Shown here piece by piece: positions 45,001 through 57,149 of a stretch of 64,000 nt of DNA. The notes under the pieces were generated by a model. The model searched no databases and had not been told where the DNA came from. It worked only from the letters and a program-made list of their open reading frames with translations. The stretch comes from Cetorhinus maximus (taxonomy: Eukaryota), in NCBI RefSeq assembly GCF_964194155.1, contig NW_027597375.1:1-64000 (forward strand), in the 5' to 3' direction. Every line of letters begins with the position of its first letter. The first letter of the stretch is position 1. A program made the translations under genes and the position numbers.

Positions 45001-47419
45001 GTAAGGTGTAATTTTCTGTTATTACACTGAATGCACTCCAGTGTGTTGGGTAACGTGTACTGGGACCATAAGGGTCCATTGGGTACATTTGTGAGACAGT
45101 TTGTTTGACTGGAGCAGCTGCTTTGACTTGGTGTCCAGCTCCAGAATGATGCTGTGCACAAAGTTTGTGGTGCTCTCTTTGGCTGCAGCTTGCAGCCTGT
45201 TGTGTGACTATCTCACTGATTTGTTCACAGGGGTGATGGTCCCTCAGCTGCTCACTGTCCCATGTGCCTCTTGTTATACAGTGTTTGTGACTGCTGCAGC
45301 AGTTAGCTGCAAGGAGCAGGGCAGATGTGCAAAAAAGCGGAGTGTCTAACCTCCCACAGGGACACAGCAGTCTCCTGCGTATCCATCTATTTGTTGTACT
45401 GTTAGATGGTATGTTCAGAAATAACACCTGTTTGATGCAATGTTCCTTTGTCGAGAGGAAAGCTTGTTATTTCAGTTATTTAAACAGCACTAATTCTCTC
45501 CCAGATACAGCTATCCTGCGTTTAGCACCTAATGTGTTCCGAAAAAGGCATGTTAAAGGAAAAGCACTTTCCCATAAGAAACCATGTAATAAGGATGGGT
45601 TATGTTCCTGACCTGTACATTTTGCATTGGGTGCCTTGAACCTAACTGACCCAAAAATCCCCTTACTAACTTACTGCCTCGTAACAATTTACAGTATTAA
45701 CTCTTTCCACTCGGCTCTCGCACACCGCTTGCCAGCTCTGCTGATTTTCCAGCTCCTCGATCCTGCCGATTACCGCTTGCCTCGCTGTGAGTGAGGGCTT
45801 CGGGAGGGAGGGAGTGGGCCGGGGGGGGGGGGGGGGGAGGAAATGAGCAAGAGGGTCGGGAAGGGAGGGAAACGATTGAGAGTTTGTTTTTTAAAAAAGA
45901 AAATGACTTGGTAACCAAGTTAAAACAAAAATAGCGGCAACACTATTGGGCTGACCCTCCAGTACGTTACTGTGGGAGGGGCAGCACTGAGGGAGCACGG
46001 CACTGTCGCAGGGACGGTACTGAAGGAGTGCTGTAATGTTGGAGGAACAGTACTGAGCGAGTACTGCACTGTTGCAGGGGCAGTACTCTGAGTGCTCCAT
46101 TGTTAGAGGAGAAATACTGAGGAATTGCTGCACTGTTAGCAGAGCAGTACTGAGGGTGTACTGCACTGCTGCATGGACAGCACTGGGGAAGCATTGCTTT
46201 GTTGAAGTAGGAGTACCGAGGAAGCGCTGCACTGTCGGAGAGTCATTACTGAGGGAGTGCTTCAGCGTCTAAACACTACTGGCAGAAGAGAAGGCGAGTT
46301 CTTTCCAGTGTCTTGGCCACTATTTATTTCTCAACCAACACTTAAAACCCATGAACTGGTCATTTATGTTGGTGAGATTTGTGGGATCTTATTAGTGCAG
46401 AATATTTATCTGCTTAACAATAACTGTCCTTGGCCCTTTGCAGTCAATGAGAGATGTAAAATGGAGTGACATTGGTTTGTCTCTGTTGGAAATGTTGTCT
46501 TATGTTATATCTAGGCATACATTGTGCAGTGTTTTGCAGAGAATATGAAATACAAGGATAGATTCCTAGAGTGCTCCAGTCTGTAAATCTGTAAATGATG
46601 CATTCACTGTTCTCTTACAGACCATACCAGGGGAAATGTCCCACTCGTAATGGCTTTCGTGAGTTCAGCCAATTGAGCTGCCCAGCAAAACAGTCTGCTC
46701 AACCCTACCAGCCTGTGCAGCGTCCCAACAGACAATGGTTTGGGACTGGCACTGTGCATCAAACAATGCAGTATAATGGGAATGTCAAGACATTTTCCAA
46801 CTGTGATTACGGAAGACAGGAATTGTCCTGGGAAAATTGTCAGCCCGAGTCCTCACGGCAGAGCGGTCAGCCCGAGTCCTCACGGTGGAGCGACCGGCCC
46901 GAGTCCTCACGGTGGAGCGACCGGCCCGAGTCCTCACGGTGGAGCGACCGGCCCGAGTCCTCACGGTGGAGCGACCGGCCCGAGTCCTCACGGTGGAGCG
47001 ACCGGCCCGAGTCCTCACGGCAGAGCGACCGGCCCGAGTCCTCACGGCAGAGCGGTCAGCCCGAGTCCTCACGGCGGAGCGGTCAGCCCGAGTCCTCACG
47101 GCGGAGCGGTCAGCCCGAGTCCTCACGGCGGAGCGGCCAGCCCGGGTCCTCACGGTGGAGCGGTCAGCCCGAGTCCTCACGGTGGAGCGGTCAGCCCGGG
47201 TCCTCACGGTGGAGCGGTCAGCCCGAGTCCTCACAGTGGAGCGGTCAGCCCGGGTCCTCACGGTGGAGCGGTCAGCCCGAGTCCTCACGGCAGAGCAGCC
47301 AGCCCCAACCCCCCTGGCAGAGTTATCAGCTTCCACATGCTGCAAGGGGTAAAAGAGGCAGGAAACTAAACTCTGGAGGTCAAGATAGATTGAATATACA
47401 TCTTCGATGGGACAATTAA
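32892..47419 (+). CDS. DUSP11: RNA/RNP complex-1-interacting phosphatase (RNA 5'-tri/diphosphatase DUSP11/PIR1), 9 exons, 476 aa
   Basis: Exons 32892-32917,33031-33106,39085-39216,39986-40109,41469-41529,43189-43235,43327-43402,43734-43823,46621-47419. Protein IPDRW..[61 protein letters not shown]; no guanylyltransferase domain, so not RNGTT. Confidence 0.92.
33031..33106 (+). CDS. DUSP11: DUSP11 exon 2
   Basis: [25 protein letters not shown]. Confidence 0.92.
33533..33776. mobile_element. Penelope-derived inverted-repeat insertion with 15-bp TSD
   Basis: ~100-bp arms 33531-33631 / 33638-33738; TSD CAAAGGATAGTAGAA at 33518-33532 and 33777-33791; hammerhead-like motif in each arm. Confidence 0.75.
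35617..38083 (-). mobile_element. Putative solo LTR interrupting a CR1, itself containing a CR1
   Basis: Minus-strand ends TGTGAGAAT...CATAACG; 4-bp TSD GAAG (35613-16 / 38084-87); the host CR1 sequence resumes after it. Confidence 0.55.
39085..39216 (+). CDS. DUSP11: DUSP11 exon 3
   Basis: [32 protein letters not shown]. Confidence 0.92.
39986..40109 (+). CDS. DUSP11: DUSP11 exon 4
   Basis: ELPEGLTYEKIFTAGHEVPT..FKQAVQSFLSDNMDN. Confidence 0.92.
40370..40572 (-). mobile_element. Deu-domain SINE fragment
   Basis: GTGTAGTCACTGTCATAATGTAGG..AGCTTCCACAAACA..CCCCTGCTCTTCTTTGAATAGT. Confidence 0.7.
40575..41315 (+). repeat. 33-35-bp (and ~22-bp sub-unit) minisatellite (CCTGTAGGTGTGGCGCTCCCTGGGTGCTGCCCC)n
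   Basis: Visible tandem repeat, >20 units. Confidence 0.95.
41469..41529 (+). CDS. DUSP11: DUSP11 exon 5 (catalytic HCX5R P-loop)
   Basis: [19 protein letters not shown]. Confidence 0.95.
42725..43135 (-). mobile_element. tRNA-derived Deu-domain SINE
   Basis: Minus-strand head GCTCAGTGGTTAGC..GGTTCCAATTCC plus conserved body. Confidence 0.75.
43189..43235 (+). CDS. DUSP11: DUSP11 exon 6
   Basis: YLIDVDGMEPHSAID. Confidence 0.9.
43327..43402 (+). CDS. DUSP11: DUSP11 exon 7
   Basis: [24 protein letters not shown]. Confidence 0.9.
43734..43823 (+). CDS. DUSP11: DUSP11 exon 8
   Basis: NKGIDVPAPCPVMRLKEPHSQQAMFKQRE; phase 2-2, weaker donor GTGTGT. Confidence 0.65.
43875..44285. mobile_element. 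Degenerate Penelope-like terminal-repeat element
   Basis: AAATACTGCGGATGCTGGAAATC at the left end and AAACATTAACTCT..GCTGAGT at the right; same family as 33533-33776. Confidence 0.5.
45960..46400 (+). mobile_element. Deu-domain SINE with decayed 33-bp tandem expansion
   Basis: (CAGTACTGAGGGAG..GCACTGT)n followed by SINE body. Confidence 0.65.
46621..47419 (+). CDS. DUSP11: DUSP11 last exon with 17x9-aa repeat
   Basis: Acceptor TCTCTTACAG; phase matches; open frame PYQGKC..(QPESSRWSG)n..HLRWDN*. Confidence 0.75.
46841..47299 (+). repeat. Coding 27-bp minisatellite, 17 units
   Basis: CAGCCCGAGTCCTCACGGTGGAGCGGT-type unit, no frameshifts. Confidence 0.95.
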
Positions 47420-49384
47420 AATGCAAACAGGAACTATTTTAGTAATTTAATTTGCCAATGTATAAACATATTTAGCATTGCTTTTTTATAAAGACTGATT
47501 CATTCTAAACTACTGTTCAACATGAAACAGAGCAGCTGAATGGGAGCTAGTGTTGGTTTGAGATCAAAGCTTCACCGGGTTTGTCTTGTCTGTCAGTGCC
47601 AAACACTGTTTAATGTTGTGTTTGAGGATCTTAACTCATTCCCTGAGACCACTGCCGCCCCACCACTGACAGTCCTGACCCCAGTGTTAGCCAGTTCAAA
47701 CTTCTCGCCTCTCTTAACCCCAAGTTTAGAAGCCCATTGTCTACAGTTGTACTCTGGGTACCTGAGGGGGCATAGTGGATACGTCATGCAGTCAGCATTA
47801 TACTGCTGAGATCTCTGTTAAAGGAGGGCTTTCTCCTGCGGCCCTTCCACTTTCATCATCGAGGTAACCGAGCTGACTGTTTAACATCTTTGACACTTAA
47901 AGCTGGGACGAGCAGATCTTGTATGTCGCATGTTCCCTGGTGCAGCAATACTCGGTGTCCCATCCTTTTCTTGCCCAGTGACCATTCCCTGGTGTCTGTA
48001 ACCAGCCATTATTAGAGTGCAGTTGGACAGGGGAGAGGAGGTAGAGAATCCCTGAATTCCAGCTCTCCATGCCTCTGCCACTGATATTAAGTGATGGACT
48101 TTTACCAGGCTCATAACTAGTACTGTCTGATCATGGCATCACACTGAAAAATCATTTCCATTATTTTATATTTAGCTTCTGGGTTGATATATAATCTGAC
48201 CTTAGATTTTACCCAGGCCAGCTAGAAAGCATTGTACCAAAGGAAATGGTTAAATCTTATATTTGAAACTGGGCTTCTTTTTAAATTGTTCCTTTTAAAT
48301 TATTTAATTCCTAATCCATGCGGCCATCTTTGAACTGCACTCCGCCAAATCCACTGATCTCGGCTGGTTGTGGGTGGAATATGATGGGGGACGTCAGTCA
48401 GAGCCTCATATTCCCAATCAGTGGAGCCTGGTGCCATTTGTGGAGGTCAGGCTCAGCTCTGTGCCTTGTCCATGCAGTGGGATAGCCTGCAGACCCTCAT
48501 TGTCTTAGCTCATGGGGAATGGACACTTAGAGCTGAAGGATGGCAAGTGCCTCAGTGAGAGCAGTTGACCTATATTCTCTGACTGGCTGCTTCTCTCAGT
48601 AATACTATATGCCAAAGTGGCCTCTTTCTTCCACCAGCTTCTCCCTGGCCCCTCAGTATCCACGTTCAAATGAGACAAAGCTCAAGCTTTTTCTTTTCGC
48701 TTCGAAACACAAATTGCCTGAAAAAAAAAAATTTTAATTTTTAGGATTGTTTTACTTTCACATTCTGCACTGTGCAAAAACTTAATTCAGAAATAAATGA
48801 CTTTCCCAGTCCAGTGGCTGCAGTTTTCTCATCCCAAGGATCGTGAACGTGAGGGATTCATTTTTAACTGTTGCTGCCCCAGGCATGCTCTGGGGAAAGA
48901 GTTGCTTTGCTTTGCTTAAACTCACTCTCAGAATCTTGCAGATTGCCAGAGGGTAGGAAGTGAGGAGTCCAAAATGAGGCACTCGGTTGGAGCCATGTGG
49001 GTCACCCGAACAGTGTGATAACAAGTCAAAATGACCCTATCTTAAACAGTGAGATGGCCTGCGGACTGGAGTTTGTCTGCCGTTGCACTTCTGAGTGTTC
49101 TGAGGCTTCAGAGTGAAGCTCTCACTCCTCCATCTCCCCTGCCCCCAATGTGTCACCCATTAAATGAGGTCTGTAAGGACTTTGCTTTTAACTGGTTGTA
49201 TATCCGTGGATAAAGTATGTTAAGCGAACTTCTGTCAGGGGAGGCTGGCTTACCCACTCCACCCCAAATATAAAGGAGGTAGCACTGATACCTCCAACAG
49301 CATTGGAGGTGAAGATGAGAGGATTCTGCAAACACAACTGTGTGCAGCTAATTGTAACTACACGGTAAGACAAAGAACAAAAGA

Positions 49385-51790
49385 AGAGATAATGGGAGCT
49401 TGTCAGAAAGGTGCAGCAATAATTATGGGGGATTTTAATCTACATATAGACTGGAAAAATCAGGCAAAGGTAGCATAGATGAGTTCATAGAATGTTTTTG
49501 GGACAGTTTCTTAGAACAGCACGTTCTGGAGCCAACCAGAGAGTGAGCTATATTAGACCTGGTATTGAGCAACGAGATAGGATTAATTGATGACCTCCTA
49601 GTGAAGGCACCCCTCGGTAGCAGGGGTCATAATATGATTGAATTTTACATTGATTTTGAGGGAGAAACAAGTGCATCCAAGAGCAGTATTTTAAAATTAA
49701 GGGTAATTATGAGGACATGAAAGACCTAGCTAAAGTGAACTGGCAAATAAGGTTAAGGGATAGGTCAATAGAGGTTCAGTGGCAGACATTTAAAGGGATA
49801 TTTCAGAATACACGGAATATATACATGAGAGGGAAAATTTCAAGGCTGGGGGGGTACCACCATCTATGGTTAACTAAAAAAGTTAAAGACCGTATCGAAC
49901 TTAAAGAAAAAGCATATAATTACCAAAGTCAGGTTGCAGGACAGAAGATTGGAAAGAATATAAAGAACAGCAAAAAATGACAAAAAGATTAATAAGGAGG
50001 GAAAAATGAGAGAGCTAGACAGGTAGTAAGAGTTTCTATAGATATTTAAATAAGAAAAGAGTTAACAAAGTGAGTGTTGGTCCTATACAGAATTCTGGGG
50101 AATTGATAATGGAAAGTAGGGGGACGGCGGATGTATTTAAACAGGCATTTTGCTTCGATCTTCACTATAGAGGGCACAGGTAAAATCCCAAAATCAGGAA
50201 ATGGGAGGGAGGAACTTGGGAAAATTACAATCACCAGGGAAGTGGTACTGAGTAAATTGTTGGGGCTGTGGGCTGACAAATTCCCAGGTCCAGATGGACT
50301 TCACCCTAAAGTCTTGAAAGAAGTGGCTAGTGAGAGAGTTGATGCACTGGTTTTAATTTTCCAAAATTCCCCAGTTTTGGGGAAGGTTCCGTTAGATTGG
50401 AAATTAGCAAATGTAACTCCATTATTCAAAAAGGGAGGGAGACAGAAAGCAGGAAACTAAAGGCCAGTTAGCCTAATATCTGTCATAGGGAATATGTTAG
50501 AAGCTATTATTAAAGAAGCTATAGGGCATTCAGAGAAATTCAAGGCAATCAGGCAGAGTCAACATGATTTTGTGAAAGGGAAATCATGTTTAACCAATTT
50601 ATTGGAGTTCTTTGAAGGAGTCGCATGTGCTGTGGATAAAGGGGAACTGGTGGATGTACTGTACTTAGATTTCAAGAAGGCATTTGATAAAGTGCCACAT
50701 CAAAGGTTATTGCGGAAAATAAAAGCTCATGGTGCAGAGGGTAACATATTGGCAGGGATAGAAGATTGGCTAGCTAACAGGAAACAGAGAATAGGCATAA
50801 ATGGGTCTTTTTCTGGTTGGCAGGATGTGATGAGTGATGTGCCACAGGGATCAGTGCTGGAGCCTCAACTTTTACAATTTATATAAATGACTTGGATGAA
50901 GGGACCAAAGGAATGGTTATGAAAATTGCTGAAGAGACAAAGATAGGTAGGAAAGAAAATTGTAAAGAGGACATAAGGAGGCTACAAAAAATATGTAGGT
51001 AGGTTAAGTGAGTGGGCAAAGATCTAGCAAGTGGAATATAATGTGGGCAAATGTGAAATTGTCCATTTTGGCAGGAAGAATGAAAAAGCTTATCTAAATG
51101 GTGAGAGGTTGCAGAACTGAGATTCAGAGGGATCTGGATGTCCTAGTGCATGAATCACAAAAGGCTAGAATGCAGGTACAGCAAGTAATTAGGAAAGCTA
51201 ATAGAATGTTAGCATTTATTGTGATGCGAATTGATTGCAAACATTGTACAGGGCATTGGTGAAGCCACATACAGTAATGGTCTCCCTATTTAAGGAAAGA
51301 TGTAAATGTGTTAGAAGCGGTTCAGATGAGTTCAAATGGGTAGGTCGTCTTATGAAGAAAGGTTGGACAGGTTAGGCTTGAATCCACTGGAGTTTAGAAG
51401 AGTATGAGGCGGCTTGATTGAAACCTTTAAGATCCTGAGGGGTCTTGACAGGGTGGATGTGGAGAGGATGTTGTGGGAGAGTCTAGAACTAGGGGTCACT
51501 GTTTAAAAATAAGGGGTTGCTTATTTAAGACAGATGAGGAGAAATTTTTCCTGAGGGTCGTGACTTCTTTGGAACTCTTCCTCAAAAAGCGGTGGAAGCA
51601 GAGCCTTTAAATATTTTTAAGGCAGAGCGAGATAGATTCTTGCTTAACAAGGGGGTGAAAGGTTATTGGGGGTAGGCAGGAATGTAGGGTTGAGGTCACA
51701 ATCAGATCAGCCATGATCGTATTGATTGCAGAGTAGGCTCGAGGGGCCGAGTGGGGCCTACCAGTGCTCCTACTTGGTATATTTGTAGGC
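49385..51790 (+). mobile_element. Degenerate CR1 LINE ORF2
   Basis: PGPDGLHPKVLKE; KGKSCLTNLLEFFE; YLDFKKAFDKVPHQRL; VPQGSVL. Confidence 0.93.
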
Positions 51791-52159
51791 ATTTCTGTTT
51801 CACTCTCCCTGTCAGTCCAGGTCAGGAATGTTGCCTTTTAATGTTGGACTGTCCACAAACTGTCCTTCAACATCCAACCTTTTAAATGTGCCTGTTGTGC
51901 TGATGTTCCAAAATCCACCTGAAGGTGAACAGGGCTAGCAGGCTGCTGAGCGTGCACAACTGAATCCAACAGAGAATTCATGGATAATGCATCCTGCTGT
52001 AGAACTGGTGGTTACACTGTGACTTTGTTTCAAGCAGAACTATTCATTCTTCACTCTGCTGCTGCTCTTTTGTCCCAGTGGCAGATACTGAGTGGGCAGT
52101 ATCTGAGTGGTGCTAACTGTCTGAGAGACAGTCTGATGACCCATTCCTCAGCCAACATA

Positions 52160-53505
52160 CAAATTGGGGCAGGATTAGGCTATTTGGCCCTTCGAGCCTG
52201 CTCCGCCATTCAGTATGATCATGGTTGAGCCTCTATCTCAATGCCATATTCCTGCTTTCTCTCCATACCCCTTGATGCCCCTGATAGCCAAAAAATGATC
52301 AATTTCTTTCTTGAATATACCCAGTGACCCAGCCTCCACAGCCATCTGTGGTAGAGAATTCCACAGGTTGACCACCCTCTGAGTGAAGAAAGTTTTCCTT
52401 ATCTCAGTCCGAAATGGCCTGCCCCATATCCTGAAACTGTGGCCCCTGGTTCTAGAATCCCCAACCACGGGAAAGATCCTCCCTGCAACTAGTCTGTCTA
52501 GCCCTGTTAGAATTTTATACGTTTCAATCAGATCCCCTCTCACTCTTCTAAACTCTAGTGAATACAGGCCCAATCAAACCAATCTCTCCTCATATGACAG
52601 CCCTGCCATCCCCGGTATCAGCCTAGTGAATGTTTGCTGCACTCCCTCTGTGGCAAGTATATCTTAGGTAGGGAGACCAAAACTACATGCAATACTCCAG
52701 GTGTGGTCTGACCAAGGCCCTGTATAACTGTAGTAAGCATCCCTATTTCTGAACTCAAAACTTCTTGCAATGAAGGCCAACATACCATTTGCCTTCTTAA
52801 TTGCTTGCTGCATCTGCTTATTTACTTTCATTGACTGGTGTACAAGGATACCCAGATCCCTCTGTACATCCACATTTCCCAATATATCACCATTTAAATA
52901 ATACTCTGCCTTTCTGTTCATACCGAAGTGTATAACTTCACATTTATCCACGTTATACTGCATCTGCCGTGTGTTTGCCAAACACACACAACTTGTCTAA
53001 ATCGCCCTGAAGCCTCCTTGCATCCTCCTCACAACCCCACCCAGTTTTGTGTCGTCAGCAAACTTGGAAATATTGCATTTGGTTCCCTTATCCAAGTAAC
53101 TTATATATATCGTGAATAGCTGGGGCCCAAGCATTGATCCCTGCGGTACACGACTAGTCACCGCCTGCTATCCAGAAAAAGACCTATTTATTCCACTCTG
53201 TTTCTGGTCTGTCAACCAATCCTCAATCCATGCCAGTATATTACCCCTAATCCCATGTGCTTTAATTTTGCCCACTAGCCTCTTATGTGGGACCTTATCA
53301 AAAGCCTTCTTGAAATCCAAATACACCACATCCACTGGTCCTCCCTTATCTATTCTACTAGTTCCATCCTCAAAAAACTCCAGTAGATTAGTTAAGCATG
53401 ATTTCCCTTTCATGCTGACTTTGTCTAATCCTGTTAATGCTTTCTAAGTGTTCTGTTACCACATCTTTTACAATAGACTCTAGCATTTTCCCCACTACTG
53501 ATGTT
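52160..53505 (-). mobile_element. CR1 LINE fragment
   Basis: KGKSCLTNLLEFFE..YLDFKKAFDKVPHKRL; LYSLEFRRVRGDLIETYKI. Confidence 0.93.
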
Positions 53506-54224
53506 AGCATCTCATACAGTGACTGCTTGCTATTGAGAATGGCTTAGTTGCAAATGGACAGCAAATGATGTGCAGATGCCAGTACAAGTTATGCAGTTGG
53601 CATCTGAGAGAGAATGATTTAACGCGATTTGGGTGTAGCATGCTTTGGAACAAATGAAGTTTTCAGTTCCACTTGCTAAGTGCAGCAGTTAATGACAGTG
53701 TGTGAAGTCGACACAACTTATCAGCCGAGGTCACTGGACCGCATTCAGGAGCAGGACTCTGGGTTCATTCAGCTCCTGCTCAGGCTGTGACATGGAATGC
53801 TGCTCTACAACAAACCCATGTGCTCACCTCCCCTGCCACCATTGCCAGCCTTCACCCTCTTCACCCCATGTGAGCTACTTGATGGACATTCATGAATTGT
53901 CTCTTTGCTGGAAAATCCATTCGACAAGCAAACTCGAGCAGCACGCATTCAAAAATAAATATGGGACCATTGTAAGTAGCATTCTACTCCATTGTTCAAA
54001 TTGTGCAGCGGAGACTTTTAAAACCAAAGTTTGACTAACTTGTTCAGGCTTTTTAAAGTAACATAGGGTCGATGATATTGATGGACGAATGGCATTTGAC
54101 AAAGCCCTATATAGTAAACTTGAAAGCAAAATTAAATGCATGGAATAAAAAGGATAGTGACAGCATAGATGCAAATTAGAAACAGAGATTAATGGTGAAC
54201 GGTCATTTTTCAGACTTTTGTTTT

Positions 54225-55270
54225 ATTCTTTCCCAGGTCGTGAGCCTCACTGGCTGGGCCAGCATTTATTGCCCATCCCTAGTTGCCCTTGAGAAGGTGG
54301 TGGTGAGCTGCCTTCTTGAACCGCTGCAGTCCATGTGGTGTAGGTACACCCACAGTGCTGTTAGAGAGGGAGTTCCAGGGTTTTGACCCAGTGAAAGTGA
54401 AGGAATGGTGATATATTTCCAAGTGTGTGACTTGGAGGGAAACTTGTGGGTGGTCGTGTTCCCATGCGTCTGCTGCCCTTGTCCTTCTTGGTGGTAGAGG
54501 TTGGAGTTTTGGGATGTGCTGTCAAAGGAGCCTTGGTGAGTTCCTGCAGTGCACATTGTATATGGTGCACCTTGTATATGGTACACATGTTGCCACTGTG
54601 CATCTGTGGTGGAGGGAGTGAATGTTTAAGGCGGCGGAGGGGTTGTCTATCTCGGTGTTAAATTTCATATGCCATATGCCTGCTGTTTCACCTGTCTATG
54701 TCCTCCTGACATCTGTTACTGTCCTATATCAGCTGCTCACTTTGAAATGATGCCAGCTTACCTAGGTCTAGGCTTTTGATGTATATCACAAAGAGCAGCC
54801 GTCCTAATACCTTCCCCTGGGGAACAACAATGTACGCTCCCCTCACTGGTTGGAGTCATACCTAGCACAAAGGAAGATGATTATGGTTGTTGGAGACCAA
54901 TCACCTCAGTCCTAGGATGTCACTGCAGGAGTTCCTCAGGGTAGTGTCCTAGGCCCAACCATCTTCAGTTGCTTCATCAATGACCATCCCTCCATAATAA
55001 GTTCACAAGTGGGGATATTCGCTAATGATTGCACAATGATCAGTACCATTCGCAACTCATCAGATACTGAGACAGTCCGTGACCATACGCAAGTCCTGGC
55101 AACATTCAGGCTTGTGCTGATAAGTGGCAGGTGACATTTGCGCCACACAAATGCTTGGCAATAACCATTTCCAACAAGAGAGGATCTATCTCCTCTTGAC
55201 GTTCAAAGGCATTACCATCGTTGAATCCCCCCAATACCGACATCCTGCAATTACCATTGACCAGAAACCT
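54225..55270. mobile_element. L2/Crack-like LINE fragments (54225-54640 minus; 54845-55270 plus)
   Basis: Family 3' region, and [16 protein letters not shown] motifs. Confidence 0.7.
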
Positions 55271-55367
55271 AAATTCTTCGGTGAAGGAGAAAACTGGAGT
55301 TGCAATGATTGCTTTCCACCTGTCTGAGCAAGTGCTTCTGATGATTGACAGCGGTCCCTGGGAGAGA

Positions 55368-55475
55368 GTGTTCTGTTGCGGGGTCATGAGGACTCGAAAA
55401 GTCGGCTTTATTCCTCTCCGCCGAAGCTGCCACACCTTTTCCAGGTAATTCTGTTTGTGTTTATTTTTGTTTTTA
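55368..55475 (+). mobile_element. Penelope-like terminal-repeat fragment abutting the STAMBP promoter
   Basis: TTCTGTTG..GGGTCATGAGGACTCGAAA..TTTTCCAGGTAATTCTGTTT. Confidence 0.6.
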
Positions 55476-55479
55476 TGAT

Positions 55480-55990
55480 TGACAGCCGGGCCGGGGCTTA
55501 CAGGACTGGCGCTGTGATTGGTCAGTGGGCGGGCTTGGCCGTCCTCGCGCTGTGATTGGTCAATGGGCGGGGCTTGCTCACTGCACGGGGGTTTCCCATG
55601 AAGCAGCGCGAGTGGGCGGGGTTGCGGCCTAGTGGATGTTACCAATCCTATTTGTAGTGAGCGGAAAGCGAGAGCCAGATCGGCGGCGCTGGGCGGGTGA
55701 GTGAGGGCATGCGACCCCACCCCTTCTGGGGTTATTCTATAACCTCCTCGGGGCTGAGGGCACCAATACCTGCCGGAAGGCGCTGCGATTATGGACTGAG
55801 GGGAGGGAGAACCAGGGCGGAACCGGAATAGCGATCGGAACCAGCCCGTCTCCGACATGTCACCGGCTCGGGGCAGTGGCCCAGGCGGCGCCGTTGCAGT
55901 AATTCTCCCCACCCGACACCAGGTTCTTTTCCTGACAGGTTCCTCCTCACTGACATCCGGGCCCCGCCCCAGAAACCAATTTCCGCCCCC
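55480..55990 (+). promoter_or_regulatory. CpG-island promoter and non-coding first exon of STAMBP
   Basis: Duplicated ATTGG+GC-box module (55517, 55555), CCAAT at 55642, ETS-like CGGAA motifs, donor CGG|GTGAGT at 55697. Confidence 0.65.
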
Positions 55991-56122
55991 GGCAGCCAGG
56001 CTCCTCCCCCAGAAATCAGTCTCCTCCCCCAGAAACCAGGCTCCATCCCCCGCATCCAAGCCCTCCCCACCAGCAAGCTGGCTCCTCCCCCTCGCGACAG
56101 CCAGGCTCCTCCCCCATACCTC

Positions 56123-56237
56123 CACCTGACAGCCAGGCCCCTCCCCACCTGACAGCCAGGCCCCTCCCCACCTGACAGCCAGGCCCCTCCCCACCTGACA
56201 GCCAGGCCCCTCCCCACCTGACAGCCAGGCCCCTCCC
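56123..56237 (+). repeat. 23-bp minisatellite (CACCTGACAGCCAGGCCCCTCCC)x5
   Basis: Period 23 (56123, 56146, 56169, 56192). Confidence 0.9.
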
Positions 56238-57149
56238 AGGTACTTGAGGGGTTTCCCTCGCAGACCCCCCACCCCTCTCCTCTTCCTGCCATTTGGTGAT
56301 CACCTGGGAGCTGCAGCCTTTTTGATCTGTTGCTGACTATTCCCACCCTTATCTTTGCTCACTGTTGTGTGTGTGATCCTGACAGTGTCACGGTTACTCT
56401 CTCTGTCAAGGGCTTTCTTATCACCACATCCTTTACTTGTGCTACTGTTACTCACAACCAGGTCCCTTGTATGACATGGGGGACATTGATTACCAGGGCT
56501 GAGTGCACCCAAAGAATCCCCCACCATTTCAGCACTCGGAAAAATTCAAGCTGATTCGAGGTAGCCAACATGGAAGTAGTAGACAAGGGTATTGTGGTCA
56601 ATGTCATACATTTGGATTTTCAAAAGACCTTTGATAAGTTATCACAGGATGGGCAAATGACAAAGGTTAGGGCATGAGGAGTCAGGACCAATAGCTGAAT
56701 CGAGGACAGATTGTCTAAAACAGGAACAGTGGGAAAGGGCAACATGTGGGACGAGCTGAGTAACTCTTGCAGAGAGCTGGCAAAGGCATGCCAGGCTGAA
56801 TGGCCTCCTGTGCTGTAACCATTCTATGATTCTATAACATAGATAGCAGAGAGTAAGGGTAATGGGTAGTTATGAAGATTGGAGGAAGATACAAAGCAAT
56901 ATTCCAGAAGGATCATGCTGGTGCACCAGTTATTCATGATGTACGTTAATGATTTGGACTTGGGAATAGGTAATTGGATATCATACTGAGGTATAGCTAA
57001 CTCTGAAGAAGAATGCAACATGGAATATTGTGCACTGTTCTGCTCTCCATACTATAAAAAGAACATAGAAGCACTGGAGAAAGTGCAGAAAAAGATTTGA
57101 AAAAATAGTACTGGAACGGAGAGGTTACAGCTATCGGGAACTGACAGCG

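Noticed and set aside
46740-47426. Overlapping ORFs in other frames and strand of the 27-bp repeat
   Set aside because: A stop-free unit with length divisible by 3 is open in several frames; only the 46595-47419 frame matches the DUSP11 splice phase
49385-53505. Inverted CR1 pair as a functional dsRNA source
   Set aside because: Diverged copies lying intergenically beyond the DUSP11 stop; common in CR1-rich genomes and no evidence of transcription
55106-56346. 388-aa and 185-aa minus-strand ORFs as a novel gene
   Set aside because: They run across a GC-rich promoter, a 23-bp repeat, and PLE and LINE fragments; no recognisable domain or splice structure
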